From a virus (lineage: Duplodnaviria > Caudoviricetes): 64,000 nt of DNA. Location of the stretch: positions 8,475 to 72,474 of the IMG/VR virus record IMGVR_UViG_3300028588_000019; one strand, written 5' to 3'. This document shows, in pieces, positions 16,326 through 26,161 of this stretch. The translations under genes and the position numbers were made by a program. Every line of letters starts with the position of its first letter. Within the stretch, counting starts at the first letter, position 1. The notes beneath the pieces were generated by a model. The model was not told the origin of the DNA and did no database searches. It saw only the letters and a list, made by a program, of their open reading frames with translations.

Positions 16326-16366
16326 TGAGCTCGTAAGAGCGAAACCGCCGAGAGGCGGTCTAGGCT
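16316..16366 (+). ncRNA. hammerhead ribozyme, type I (HH3)
   Basis: AGCCUA-CUGAUGA-GCUC(GUAA)GAGC-GAAA-CCGCC(GAGA)GGCGG-UC-UAGGCU; predicted cut after C16360. Confidence 0.95.
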
Positions 16367-16398
16367 TAATAACAAGTCTAACTAAACCGGAGGTTATT

Positions 16399-16668
16399 AT
16401 GTTTGGAGGAGCCAATAAGTCGGACAACATGCGCCTGGAAATGGCAATTGCTGCGGCTTTAAAGAAAGAAGCACAGGAAAAGATTGCAGCAGGTATTGAA
16501 CCTGAAGTCCCACGTGAGAAGATCATTTGGAGTGCAACCTTTCCGGCATTACCGAAAATGAAGCCAATCCAGAGCGACGATCCTGTTCTGTTCAAACAGA
16601 CCATTGATAAACTGCGTGCGCAACTTCCTGGAACGACGATTAACATCTACGAAATCCGCGGGCTGTAA
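16399..16668 (+). CDS. hypothetical protein
   Basis: SD GGAGG then ATG 16399. Confidence 0.75.
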   Translation: MFGGANKSDNMRLEMAIAAALKKEAQEKIAAGIEPEVPREKIIWSATFPALPKMKPIQSDDPVLFKQTIDKLRAQLPGTTINIYEIRGL

Positions 16669-16669
16669 T

Positions 16670-17200
16670 ATGTCAAAAGTTATTGCAAGAGAGGTGCAGC
16701 AACGCCTCCATAAATTTGAACGTTGGTTGAAGTCACGTGGTGCCGAAATTCTTATAAACACCAACCAATACGAGTTAATCCGTTTTCGCGGAACCAAAGG
16801 TACGTCCATTGTTTACCGCAAGGACAACCTTGATGCGGCTGCAAGCTTTTTCAACGAAGCTGAAGATGCTTGGTGCAACTATTTGGTGAACGGTCCGTGG
16901 CGTGCTATTTTGCCCACACCAAGGCAAGCCGGTCACCGCAATGGCGTCGAAATGCGCACCATCCGCGCACGCGACGGTAACGATTGCTTCTTTTGCTGTG
17001 AATACGTTACTGAGCACTCTGCAACAATCGAGCATCTTGTTGCTCTTGGTCAGGGTGGACCGCAGCACATCAGCAACAAGTTCCTAGCCCACGGCGAGTG
17101 CAACATGCGCGCAGGTAACATTAGCGCACCGGAAAAGATTAAGATACACACTGACGCGCTTTTGCGCAAGAACGGAAGGAAGGTTTATGAACCAAGCTGA
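16670..17200 (+). CDS. HNH endonuclease with an extra N-terminal domain
   Basis: RDG..CFFC...TIEHLV...GG...N...H..CN...GN. Confidence 0.8.
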   Translation: MSKVIAREVQQRLHKFERWLKSRGAEILINTNQYELIRFRGTKGTSIVYRKDNLDAAASFFNEAEDAWCNYLVNGPWRAILPTPRQAGHRNGVEMRTIRARDGNDCFFCCEYVTEHSATIEHLVALGQGGPQHISNKFLAHGECNMRAGNISAPEKIKIHTDALLRKNGRKVYEPS

Positions 17201-17669
17201 AGGTATCGAGAAGCTCGAAGATGCCACTATTAACCGAGCTCTCGAAATTTTGCACGGACGTATGAAGAAGCGCGGTCCGCTCATGTGCAGTCCGGAGCTT
17301 ATGTATGACTTCATTAAACTTAAGACCGGAAACCTGGAACACGAGGTGTTCGGTGCAATTTTGATGGACACTAGTGGGTGTTATATCACGCACGAAATCC
17401 TGTTCCGTGGTACGTTGCGCGAGACACCTATCCCGGCGCGTGAAGTTATCAAGTTTGCGCTACATCACAACGCGTGCATGATGGTGGTGTTTCACAATCA
17501 TCCTAGCGGAAGTACCAGCCCAAGCCCCGCCGACATTAAGTTCACAGCGGTGCTGGCAAAAATTCTCAAGTACGTAGACGTACAATTGGTTGACCACATT
17601 ATCGTTGCAGGCGACCAGTACGTGTCGTTTGCAGAAACCGGCATTATGCCACAACCGGAGGCAGGTTAA
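17187..17669 (+). CDS. radC: RadC-like JAB-domain protein
   Basis: EHEVF...HNHPSG...PS.AD...LVDHII. Confidence 0.9.
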   Translation: MNQAEGIEKLEDATINRALEILHGRMKKRGPLMCSPELMYDFIKLKTGNLEHEVFGAILMDTSGCYITHEILFRGTLRETPIPAREVIKFALHHNACMMVVFHNHPSGSTSPSPADIKFTAVLAKILKYVDVQLVDHIIVAGDQYVSFAETGIMPQPEAG

Positions 17670-17672
17670 ATA

Positions 17673-17921
17673 ATGCGAGTTATCACCCTGTTACCGCTCA
17701 GCAAACGCGCTAAACAGCTTATTAAGCAACACGGTGAACGTTGGGAAGTCGTGCGCAAGCAGAACCAAGTGCTCTTTAATCTTGCACCCGGACCGTGGCT
17801 GTTAGTTCAGCCGCTCAGCGAAGAACGTGCACCTGCGAACGACATGCGTGCGGCTCGAGTAGAAACCGCTTCGCGTTGGGTGCATGAGTTTAATGACACT
17901 GAATTTAAAGTAGCGCCTTAA
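17673..17921 (+). CDS. hypothetical protein
   Basis: operon packing. Confidence 0.7.
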   Translation: MRVITLLPLSKRAKQLIKQHGERWEVVRKQNQVLFNLAPGPWLLVQPLSEERAPANDMRAARVETASRWVHEFNDTEFKVAP

Positions 17922-17930
17922 CCAGAAAGG

Positions 17931-19016
17931 ATGAGTATGAACAACGACAAATGCGCCCACTGTGGCGCCAAGGCTGGCGAACCAGCATGCGACTGGATTG
18001 AATGCAACGGTCATTCCCCGCAGATAGCGGAGAAGGTGGAGCTGCCGAGCATCGACACGCCTGAATTCCAAGCGCTGGTCGAGGGCTGGCGCAAATACCC
18101 ATACGGCACACGAGAATTCTTGATCGCATGGGCCGCGATCATCGCTCATGTAGACCACGCTATCGCCGCATCCCGCCGTGCCGAGCTAACTTACACCGTC
18201 GATGGTGTCGTCATGTCGCCGTTGGAATATATTGACTACCTGCATGACAAGATCGACACCCCTGCACCTGCCAGCGCAGGGCAAGCCGCCCCGGCCCTGC
18301 CCGAGCAGGACGCCAGGGCTGCATTCAAATCGGCGTTCTTGTCATGGAACGGGCTCCATACCGACGCAGAGCTAGAAAAGGAATGGGCGCGCGGGACGTT
18401 GGCTGGTGAAATGTTCCGTGCTGGTCTCGCCGCCCAGCCTGCCGAGGTCAGCGCAGGGCAAACCGGTCAGGTGGCGATTCCGCGCATTCCAACTGAAGCG
18501 ATGTTGGACGCAGCCCGCGATTGGTCGGTGAATAAGTACAGCCAAGGTATCGGCAACGACGCCGCCATCGGCTGCTGGCAAGCGATGTACGACGCCACCG
18601 AGCGCGCAGCGGCACAGGGCGAGAAAGCACCCGCCACCAGCGCAGGCAATCAGGGCCATACGCCTGGGCCATGGGCGGTCGGCGATAAGGCCATGGACGA
18701 GTACCCGATATTCCGCAAGCATGACGGCAAAATGCACTGCGTGGCCGTCGCCTTCACCGAAGCCGATGCTAGGCTGATCGCCTCCGCACCGTCTCTTTCG
18801 ACCGACAGAGCAGCGGCACCGGCAGATGCACGCGACGCGGCGCGGTATCGCGTTCTGCGCATGCACGTTGCGCCGCGCGATGTGTCGATCAGCATGCAGG
18901 TCCCTCCCGAGGACATTCCGCCGGATCAGGCTGTTGAGGAACGCATCGACATGCTGTGCGATCAGGTGGTGGACCGCGCCACCCATCAGCCCAGCGCACA
19001 GAAAGACAACAAATGA
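17931..19016 (+). CDS. mosaic multi-segment protein (Ead/Ea22-like accessory type)
   Basis: short modules joined by PA..AGQ linkers; HTPGPW...ADARLIASAP module; GC-richer than neighbours. Confidence 0.6.
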   Translation: MSMNNDKCAHCGAKAGEPACDWIECNGHSPQIAEKVELPSIDTPEFQALVEGWRKYPYGTREFLIAWAAIIAHVDHAIAASRRAELTYTVDGVVMSPLEYIDYLHDKIDTPAPASAGQAAPALPEQDARAAFKSAFLSWNGLHTDAELEKEWARGTLAGEMFRAGLAAQPAEVSAGQTGQVAIPRIPTEAMLDAARDWSVNKYSQGIGNDAAIGCWQAMYDATERAAAQGEKAPATSAGNQGHTPGPWAVGDKAMDEYPIFRKHDGKMHCVAVAFTEADARLIASAPSLSTDRAAAPADARDAARYRVLRMHVAPRDVSISMQVPPEDIPPDQAVEERIDMLCDQVVDRATHQPSAQKDNK

Positions 19017-19240
19017 CCACACAACGCCTTAACGGTTGCCATTCACTCCCGCGAGCAAATGAAACAAAGCTGCTCATTGTCCAAGATGGCTTCATGCCTA
19101 TTGTTCACGACGGTTTTGGAAATCCGCAAGTAATTCCGAAGTACAAATACATCCAACACTTCACAAACAATGCTAAATGCATGTATGACCTCAAGAGCTC
19201 GGACGAAGGTTGTAAAGGATGCCCGTCGCAGATGACATAA
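19013..19240 (+). CDS. small Cys protein
   Basis: ATGA overlap; C-terminal C.Y...C.GC. Confidence 0.6.
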   Translation: MTTQRLNGCHSLPRANETKLLIVQDGFMPIVHDGFGNPQVIPKYKYIQHFTNNAKCMYDLKSSDEGCKGCPSQMT

Positions 19241-19246
19241 ATTATT

Positions 19247-19296
19247 TAACGCAAGCGTTAAATATTCCACTTAACGCTTGCGTTATGCGCTATAAT
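19247..19296 (+). promoter_or_regulatory. 15-bp perfect inverted repeat (operator-like) followed by TATAAT
   Basis: TAACGCAAGCGTTAA-N9-TTAACGCTTGCGTTA; TATAAT at 19291. Confidence 0.65.
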
Positions 19297-19324
19297 GCAC
19301 ACCCCGAACACAACATTGCACGCT

Positions 19325-19564
19325 ATGGAAACTGTCACACAAGCGCAAGAGTGTTTCGATAAGAAATACATTGCAGCATCAGAAATCATGGAGCAACTTG
19401 GTGTAACCCGCGCCGCGTTGCTGTACGCACGCCGAACTAACCGTCTGCCACAGGGTATTGTGGTTAGTAAAGGTCTGCTCTTTATTTGGGAACGCGAACA
19501 GGTTGAAGCGCAAATTCGCGAATGGAAAGCTGAACTAGAAATGCGCCGCAAGGGACAGGTATGA
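19325..19564 (+). CDS. AlpA/excisionase-like HTH protein
   Basis: YIAASEIMEQLGVTRAAL...LP...W.REQV; start uncertain (19295 or 19325). Confidence 0.65.
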   Translation: METVTQAQECFDKKYIAASEIMEQLGVTRAALLYARRTNRLPQGIVVSKGLLFIWEREQVEAQIREWKAELEMRRKGQV

Positions 19565-22161
19565 GCATCACCAACTACGACAATATCCCAGAACAGATGC
19601 GCTGGTCCCGTTCTTGGCTCTTAGCTGGTCCGGATGAAAATGGGATCATGAAGGCCCCGCACAGTTTTAACTCACGCGGCATCTTTAAGGTTGACCCACG
19701 TGATACATCTAAATACATGGACCTGGAAACGGTCATTGAAGCCTCCGCACATTACGGCTGCGGCATCGGCTTCGCTTTGTCCGACTTAGACACATTCTCA
19801 TGTGTTGACCTGGACATTAAAAACATCCACAATTACCCGAACAAAATTGATCACAAAGGTAAGGCCGTTGAATGGACCTCGGAAGAGGACATTGCGCGTT
19901 ACCACAAGATCATTAACAAGCTCGACAGCTATACCGAGCGCAGCACCAGCGCACAGGGCTTCCACACATGGGTCCAAGGCGATATTGGCGCAGGCTGCAA
20001 GCGTGACGGTGTTGAGGTGTATTCGCGTGAACGCTTTATCGTGTGCACAGGCAACGTCTATCTTAATAAGGATATTGAGGACCGACAGGAACTTCTGAAT
20101 ATCCTTGTTGGTGAAATTCGTGCAGCAGCCGAAGCCGACGCACCCAAGGTGGCACTGACGGACTTGGAAGAAACCGAGACTGACGAGGTCATCCTCGAAC
20201 GTGCACGCACCGCTGAAAACTCGGGGAAGTTTGCCGCCCTGTTTGGCGGTGATTGGAACGGTTACCCTTCGCAATCTGAAGCAGACCTTGCGCTGATGTC
20301 CATGTTTACGTTCTACAGCAAGTCGAACGTACAATGTCGTCGCTTGTTCCGCATGTCTGGGCTCGGTCAACGCGACAAAGCTCAGAAGAACGACCGCCAT
20401 CTGAACCTTATGTTGAGCATGATTCGTGGCCGCGAAGCTAAAGAAGAAGAACGCGATAACTTGGCTGTCGAAGCTGGTAAGCGATTGGTTGCGCAGCTTT
20501 TAGGGAGCGTTAGCAACCCCGCACCAGTGCAAGCGCAGCAGTACGCTCCAGCACCGTACCAGTACACCCCGCCACCAGCGCTACCACCCCTGCCGCCTGT
20601 GCAGATGTATAATCCTGTAATCCCACCAAGTGACCAGACTGTGATTGCAGCCGGTCAGGAATGGAGCATGGCTGTAGCTGAGCCAGAAGACGACTTCGAA
20701 TACCTGCCGCCTGGCGTGGGTCCACAAATTAAGTTCGACTTTGACCCTGTGTTGGCCGGTCTTGAGCCACGTAAGGACGAGGTTGAGCTTCCGGGTATCA
20801 GCTGGCCTCCAGGCGTGGCGGGTGCACTCGCACAGTACATCTTTGACGGTGCACCACGTCCAGTTAAAGAGGTCGCAATTGTGGCAGCGATTGGCTTGCT
20901 GGCGGGTGTATGTGGTAAATCGTTCACCATTCCACAATCGGGCTTGAACGTGTACATGGTTCTGGTTGCTAAGTCAGCTGTTGGTAAAGAAGCAATGCAC
21001 AGTGGTATTGCCAACATGATGAGTTACATCCGTGATAGCGTACCAAATGTCACCAATTTTGTCGACTTTACCGACTATGCTTCGGGGCCTGCGCTATCTA
21101 AGGCTGTTGCAACTAATCCAAGCTTTGTAAACGTGTCCGGTGAGTGGGGTCGTAAGCTGCGCCGCTTGGGCATGGAAGATGGCAGGGACGGTCCTATGCA
21201 ACAGCTTCGCACCGTAATGACGAACCTCTACCAGAAGTCCGGTCCTAAATCGGTTGTTGGTGGTATTGGCTATTCAGATAAAGAAAAGAACATTGCGTCT
21301 GTGTCGGGTGTTGCGTACAGCATGATTGGTGAAACGACTCCAAGCACATTCTACGATTCGCTTACCGAAACAATGATGGAAGACGGGTTCTTGTCGCGTT
21401 TTACCGTGCTGGAATATACGGGCAATCGTCCCAAGTACAACGTGGACGCAGTCAAAGCGCCAAACACGATGCTACTTGAGACCATGTGTTCGCTGGTACA
21501 GCGCGCAATTGATCTTAACGACCGCTTTACGACACAAGAAGTGCTCTCTGATCCTGAGGCGCACAAGATTTTGTCCAACTTTAACTTTGAGTGCGACGAC
21601 CACATTAACAGCAGCGAGGATGAAGGTTTCCGTCAGATGTGGAACCGTGCACACTTGAAGGCGTATCGTATGGCAGCACTGCTTGCAGTAGCGGATAACC
21701 ACACATTCCCGGTAATCCAAAAAGAGCACGCTGAATGGGCGCTGCTGCTGATTCGCAAGGACATTGGTGTGATGAGTCGTCGTATTAACTCGGGTGACGT
21801 TGGCGTTGGCGACAGTCCGCGTGAACGCAAAGTGTTGTCGCTCATTGAAAAGTTCCTCAAAGAAGGTGCACCGCCTAGCTATGGTGTCCCTGAAAAGATG
21901 CGCGAAGCTGCCGTTATTCCTCGAAAGTACCTGCAAATCTGCACGCAGAAATCCGGGTCGTTTACTTCGCATCGTTTGGGGCAAAGCGCTGCCCTGGACC
22001 TCACCTTGAAGTCTCTTGCAGATAGCGGCTATATTAGTCTGCTCGATAAAGCAAAAGCTGCCACGGATTTCCAATTCCACGGCATATGCTACCGCGTCAT
22101 TACTCTTCCTCGCAGCTCGCAGGAAGAGCGCGATGCCAAGATTGCGAAGCAGCACCAATAA
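19561..22161 (+). CDS. primase-polymerase (AEP) fused to a helicase-like domain
   Basis: VDLD, ERSTS..GFHTW, EVYSRERF, YPSQSEAD; C-terminal DUF3987-like region. Confidence 0.85.
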   Translation: MSITNYDNIPEQMRWSRSWLLAGPDENGIMKAPHSFNSRGIFKVDPRDTSKYMDLETVIEASAHYGCGIGFALSDLDTFSCVDLDIKNIHNYPNKIDHKGKAVEWTSEEDIARYHKIINKLDSYTERSTSAQGFHTWVQGDIGAGCKRDGVEVYSRERFIVCTGNVYLNKDIEDRQELLNILVGEIRAAAEADAPKVALTDLEETETDEVILERARTAENSGKFAALFGGDWNGYPSQSEADLALMSMFTFYSKSNVQCRRLFRMSGLGQRDKAQKNDRHLNLMLSMIRGREAKEEERDNLAVEAGKRLVAQLLGSVSNPAPVQAQQYAPAPYQYTPPPALPPLPPVQMYNPVIPPSDQTVIAAGQEWSMAVAEPEDDFEYLPPGVGPQIKFDFDPVLAGLEPRKDEVELPGISWPPGVAGALAQYIFDGAPRPVKEVAIVAAIGLLAGVCGKSFTIPQSGLNVYMVLVAKSAVGKEAMHSGIANMMSYIRDSVPNVTNFVDFTDYASGPALSKAVATNPSFVNVSGEWGRKLRRLGMEDGRDGPMQQLRTVMTNLYQKSGPKSVVGGIGYSDKEKNIASVSGVAYSMIGETTPSTFYDSLTETMMEDGFLSRFTVLEYTGNRPKYNVDAVKAPNTMLLETMCSLVQRAIDLNDRFTTQEVLSDPEAHKILSNFNFECDDHINSSEDEGFRQMWNRAHLKAYRMAALLAVADNHTFPVIQKEHAEWALLLIRKDIGVMSRRINSGDVGVGDSPRERKVLSLIEKFLKEGAPPSYGVPEKMREAAVIPRKYLQICTQKSGSFTSHRLGQSAALDLTLKSLADSGYISLLDKAKAATDFQFHGICYRVITLPRSSQEERDAKIAKQHQ

Positions 22162-22247
22162 TCACGTCCACTAAAACAGCTTTACCCCTTCGGGGGTAGG
22201 CTGTAAAATGGTTACGCTGTACTAATAAACCCTAACTGGAGTAATAC

Positions 22248-22847
22248 ATGAAACTGACCGTTGCTGAAACCAAAGCGCTGCCGCGCGCCATGCAGTACGA
22301 AGAAATGATCCGCGACCTGTTCACCAAAGACCTGGGCGGCATCGACGGGCAGCGCATGCACGCTGCAATCGGCATCAGTGGCGAAAGCGCTGAGCTGATG
22401 AAAGCATTTATGCTGCGCGATGAACGGAACCTCGTCGAAGAAGGCGGCGATGCGTACTTCTACGTCCAGGCGCTGCTGAACCAGAATAACTGGACCGTCG
22501 AAGATGTGCTGAACGCACGTACCGACTGCGAGCAAGACCTCGTGGGCATGGAGGGTGCGCAGACCATCATCTACGCCGGTGACATCCTGGACATCGCAAA
22601 GAAGTCGTGGGTGTACGGCAAGACCATTGACCTCGCTGCGCTCAAGACCGCAGTTGGCAACTGGCTGCACGCGTTCATGTCACTCATGGACGCCGAAGGT
22701 GGCGACTTCTTCGAAGCCCTAACCCTGGAAGACCTGAAAGCGCACAACCAGTACAAACTCGTTACCGGCCCGAACGCCCGCTTCGCAACGGGCAAGTACA
22801 CCGACGCAGCCGCAATCGCACGCGCAGACAAACCAGCCGGCGAATAA
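22248..22847 (+). CDS. tandem MazG-like NTP pyrophosphohydrolase
   Basis: HAAIGISGESAEL...EEGGD; second degenerate repeat GDILDIAKK. Confidence 0.75.
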   Translation: MKLTVAETKALPRAMQYEEMIRDLFTKDLGGIDGQRMHAAIGISGESAELMKAFMLRDERNLVEEGGDAYFYVQALLNQNNWTVEDVLNARTDCEQDLVGMEGAQTIIYAGDILDIAKKSWVYGKTIDLAALKTAVGNWLHAFMSLMDAEGGDFFEALTLEDLKAHNQYKLVTGPNARFATGKYTDAAAIARADKPAGE

Positions 22848-22890
22848 CCACACAACACGCCCGGTTCGCCGGGCCTCCTGAAAGGCACAA

Positions 22891-23328
22891 GTGGAACAAG
22901 TGAACCAAAACGTCGCAGCCGACGACATGGACCAACCGGCAACTCAAGACACCCTCAATGAGTGGTTCCTTGCACAGGAAGAACTGGCTAAGATCAAGGA
23001 CCGTGAAATGGCGCTGCGCAAGCGCATTGCACGCACGTACTTCCCGAACCCGGTCGAAGGTACTAACACGGCGCCACTGTCCGAAGGCTGGGTAATGAAG
23101 TTGACGCACAAGATCGACCGCAAGCTGGACATTCCAGTCCTTACCAACCTTGCCGACGAATTCCTCAAGGCAGAGCTGCCGCTGGGTATGCTCGTCAAAA
23201 ACAAACCCGAGCTGGACCTGAAGGCCTACCGTGCACTACCGGACGAAAAGCGCGCTATGTTCGAGCGTGCAATGACCATCAAGCCCGGTTCGCCCTCCCT
23301 CGAAATCGTCAAACCGAAGCGAGCATAA
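22891..23328 (+). CDS. hypothetical replication-region protein
   Basis: coiled N-terminus, EGTNT motif. Confidence 0.75.
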   Translation: MEQVNQNVAADDMDQPATQDTLNEWFLAQEELAKIKDREMALRKRIARTYFPNPVEGTNTAPLSEGWVMKLTHKIDRKLDIPVLTNLADEFLKAELPLGMLVKNKPELDLKAYRALPDEKRAMFERAMTIKPGSPSLEIVKPKRA

Positions 23329-23329
23329 A

Positions 23330-23509
23330 ATGCAAGTTGTCAAAAATTACGACAAGGTCACCTTGACCCCACAGGACATTCAAGAAGCGATCCGTGAATT
23401 TGTCCTGCAAAAGACCGGCCGCGTCATGCGGGGTGAGGCCAGCGTGAACGGTAATGGTCAGGTCAACGGCGGCTACTGCCTGATTGAAGATCAAGTAAAG
23501 GCGAACTAA
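23330..23509 (+). CDS. 59-aa hypothetical protein
   Basis: fills the gap between neighbours exactly. Confidence 0.55.
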   Translation: MQVVKNYDKVTLTPQDIQEAIREFVLQKTGRVMRGEASVNGNGQVNGGYCLIEDQVKAN

Positions 23510-23510
23510 C

Positions 23511-24344
23511 ATGAAACAATACCACGACCTTCTGATTCACGTGCTGGAAAACGGCACGCTGAAAACCGACCGTACTGGTACGGGCACCCTGTCCGTGTTC
23601 GGCTATCAGATGCGCTTCAACCTCCAGGAAAGCTTCCCGCTGGTAACGACCAAGGCCCTGCACCTGAAGTCCATCGTTCACGAACTGCTGTGGTTCCTCG
23701 CCGGCGACACGAACGTCAAGTACCTGCAAGAAAATGGCGTCAAGATCTGGGATGACTGGGCGCGCGAAGACGGTAGCCTTGGTCCGGTGTACGGCGCACA
23801 GTGGCGCAGCTGGCCGAACCCGACGATCGAACCTCACCCATCTGACGCCGCGTTGTCGTTCGTTAAGCGCGAAACTATCGACCAGATCAGTGAAGCGCTG
23901 GAGCAGCTGAAGCACAGCCCGGACTCCCGTCGCATTATCGTGTCGGCCTGGAACGTTGCGGACATTCCGAACATGAAGCTGCCACCGTGCCACTGCCTGT
24001 TCCAGTTCTACGTGGCCGACGGCAAGTTGTCCTGCCAGCTCTACCAGCGCAGCGCCGACATCTTCCTGGGCGTACCGTTCAACATCGCTTCCTATGCCTT
24101 GCTTACCCACATGGTGGCGCAGCAAGTCGGCCTGGAAGTCGGCGAGTTCATTTGGACTGGTGGCGATACGCACCTGTACCTGAACCATCGAGACCAAGCG
24201 CGCCTGCAACTCGAGCGCGGATTCCGCCCGGCGCCGCAACTGGTACTGAACAAGGCGCCGTCGCTGTTCGACTACAAGTTCGACGACGTGCAAATCGTGG
24301 GCTACGACCCGCACCCATCCATCAAAGCGAAAGTGGCGGTGTAA
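23511..24344 (+). CDS. thyA: thymidylate synthase
   Basis: [29 protein letters not shown]. Confidence 0.97.
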   Translation: MKQYHDLLIHVLENGTLKTDRTGTGTLSVFGYQMRFNLQESFPLVTTKALHLKSIVHELLWFLAGDTNVKYLQENGVKIWDDWAREDGSLGPVYGAQWRSWPNPTIEPHPSDAALSFVKRETIDQISEALEQLKHSPDSRRIIVSAWNVADIPNMKLPPCHCLFQFYVADGKLSCQLYQRSADIFLGVPFNIASYALLTHMVAQQVGLEVGEFIWTGGDTHLYLNHRDQARLQLERGFRPAPQLVLNKAPSLFDYKFDDVQIVGYDPHPSIKAKVAV

Positions 24345-24345
24345 C

Positions 24346-24651
24346 GTGACGCAAGGTCAACCATTACCAATCGAGCAGGCGCAGTTCATCACTGACCTGG
24401 ACGAGCAACTTGCAGAAATGCGTGCGCTGTTGATCAGCAAGAACCGCAAGTACGGTGACGCTGCGCTCAACCCGAAGCAAGTGTTCAGCACCTGCGATGC
24501 GGAAGAGCTTATCGACGTCCGCATCGACGACAAGCTGTCGCGCATCCGCAATCGTCAGAACGACGAGGACGAGGATGTCGTAGGTGACCTGCTGGGTTAC
24601 CTACTGCTCAAGAAGATCGCGCGTGCGCGTAAAATGCGGTCGCCGAAATGA
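24346..24651 (+). CDS. DUF1599/nucleotide-modification-associated all-alpha domain protein
   Basis: KNRKYGD...RIDDKLSRI.N...D...DL.GY. Confidence 0.7.
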   Translation: MTQGQPLPIEQAQFITDLDEQLAEMRALLISKNRKYGDAALNPKQVFSTCDAEELIDVRIDDKLSRIRNRQNDEDEDVVGDLLGYLLLKKIARARKMRSPK

Positions 24652-25181
24652 AGAACCTACTCTGGAAGCTGGTGGCGAAAGCCGTGTCGCATCCTAGTGT
24701 GGTTAAATGGCTCATTGCTCGCGCCAAGAAGACGCCGTATTCCCACATCTACAAGGACGGCGACGTCTATATGGAACGGTACTGGCTGTTCAACCCGTAC
24801 CCGGTCAACGAGGTGGAGCGTGAGCGCTGGCGCAGCAAGTGGCCGTCGGTCCGCCTGCACAAGATCATGCGCCCGGACCGCGACCGTCACATGCACGATC
24901 ATCCGTGGGACGCACGCACGATCATCCTGCAAGGCTGGTATCGTGAAGAACGTCTGGAACGTCGTTACCATTTCTTAGGATACCAATCCAAGATCGTCAG
25001 GGCGTATCGCTACGCTGGTGAAACTGCTACCCTGAAGTTCGGTGAGTACCATAAAATCACCGACGTTCCGGACGAAGGTGTTTGGACGATGTTCATCACC
25101 TGGAAGTATATGGGGACGTGGGGCTTCATGGTCGATGGTCAGAAAGTACAATGGAGGAAGTATCTTGGTCTCGACAAGTAA
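24648..25181 (+). CDS. cupin-like protein
   Basis: LHKI.RPD.DR.MHDHPW...YHKI. Confidence 0.55.
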   Translation: MKNLLWKLVAKAVSHPSVVKWLIARAKKTPYSHIYKDGDVYMERYWLFNPYPVNEVERERWRSKWPSVRLHKIMRPDRDRHMHDHPWDARTIILQGWYREERLERRYHFLGYQSKIVRAYRYAGETATLKFGEYHKITDVPDEGVWTMFITWKYMGTWGFMVDGQKVQWRKYLGLDK

Positions 25182-26139
25182 TCCAATCATTAAGCCCATG
25201 AGGGCGGAAAACGCTGACCTGAAAAAGATCAAACGTTGGCCTGTATGGGTGTTCCCGAAGGTGGATGGCGTGCGGGGTTATAACCCGCAAGGCACGCTCC
25301 TGTCCCGGCCGTTGAAGCGTCACCGCAATGCGTACACGACGAATTACTTCAGTCGTGAGGAATACGCAGGCTTTGACGGTGAGCTTGCGGCGGAGCACGA
25401 ATGCCACCCGCGTCTGTGCCACCTGACCCAAAGCGCTGTCAGCACCGCAGAAGGCACGCCGTTTGTGCTGTGGCATCTGTTCGACTATGTAACGCCGGAG
25501 TCCCGCACGCTACCATACAGCGAGCGCTATAAAATGCTCACAAAGCAGGTGTATGACCTCAAGCTGATGGGTCTTGCTGATCGTTTGCGCGTGTTAAGCT
25601 ATGTAATCTGTGATAACGTCGAGCAAGTGCTCGCAGCGCACACCAAGAACATGGAGCTCGGCTACGAGGGTTCGTGCTACTACGATCCAACCGTGACGCA
25701 CAAGGAGGGCAAGAGCTCCCCGACCCATGGTGGCGTACTGCGCATTAAGGACTTCATCGACTTCGAGGCTGAAGTGCTGGAGGTGCAAGAAGGTCGCACC
25801 AACCTGAACGAAGCACAGGTCAATGAGTTGGGTCGTCAGTTCCGCTCTTCGCACCAAGAAAATATGGTTCCCAACGGCATGGTTGGCACGCTGGTCTGTA
25901 AAGCGCTCAAAGATGTCGTCGACCCGTATGACAAGAAGAAGATTCTGATTGCAAAGGACCAGATCTTTAATTGCTCGCCTGGTAAAATGACGGACGATGA
26001 AGCGGTGATGTTCCTGAAACACCCGGAGTTGATTGTGGGCAAGCCCAGTACCGTCAAATTCTTCCCGAAGGGGATGAAAGACGCACCGCGCTTTCCACAA
26101 TGGCAGTGTATCCGCGCAACAGGCGATCACGAAGGTTAA
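25165..26139 (+). CDS. lig: ATP-dependent DNA ligase
   Basis: KVDGVR motif I, FDGE, GYEG, RFP; TTG start after GGAGG (start uncertain). Confidence 0.9.
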   Translation: MVSTSNPIIKPMRAENADLKKIKRWPVWVFPKVDGVRGYNPQGTLLSRPLKRHRNAYTTNYFSREEYAGFDGELAAEHECHPRLCHLTQSAVSTAEGTPFVLWHLFDYVTPESRTLPYSERYKMLTKQVYDLKLMGLADRLRVLSYVICDNVEQVLAAHTKNMELGYEGSCYYDPTVTHKEGKSSPTHGGVLRIKDFIDFEAEVLEVQEGRTNLNEAQVNELGRQFRSSHQENMVPNGMVGTLVCKALKDVVDPYDKKKILIAKDQIFNCSPGKMTDDEAVMFLKHPELIVGKPSTVKFFPKGMKDAPRFPQWQCIRATGDHEG

Positions 26140-26161
26140 TGCGGATCACGTAAAATTCTGC

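Noticed and set aside
19325-19564. Excisionase implying a temperate lifestyle
   Set aside because: No integrase, att site or repressor switch in the window; more likely a replication-operon regulator.
23511-24344. Thymidine hypermodification (hmdU synthase)
   Set aside because: ThyA has the canonical dUMP-type PFNIASY motif, and no hmdU kinase or transferase genes were recognised.
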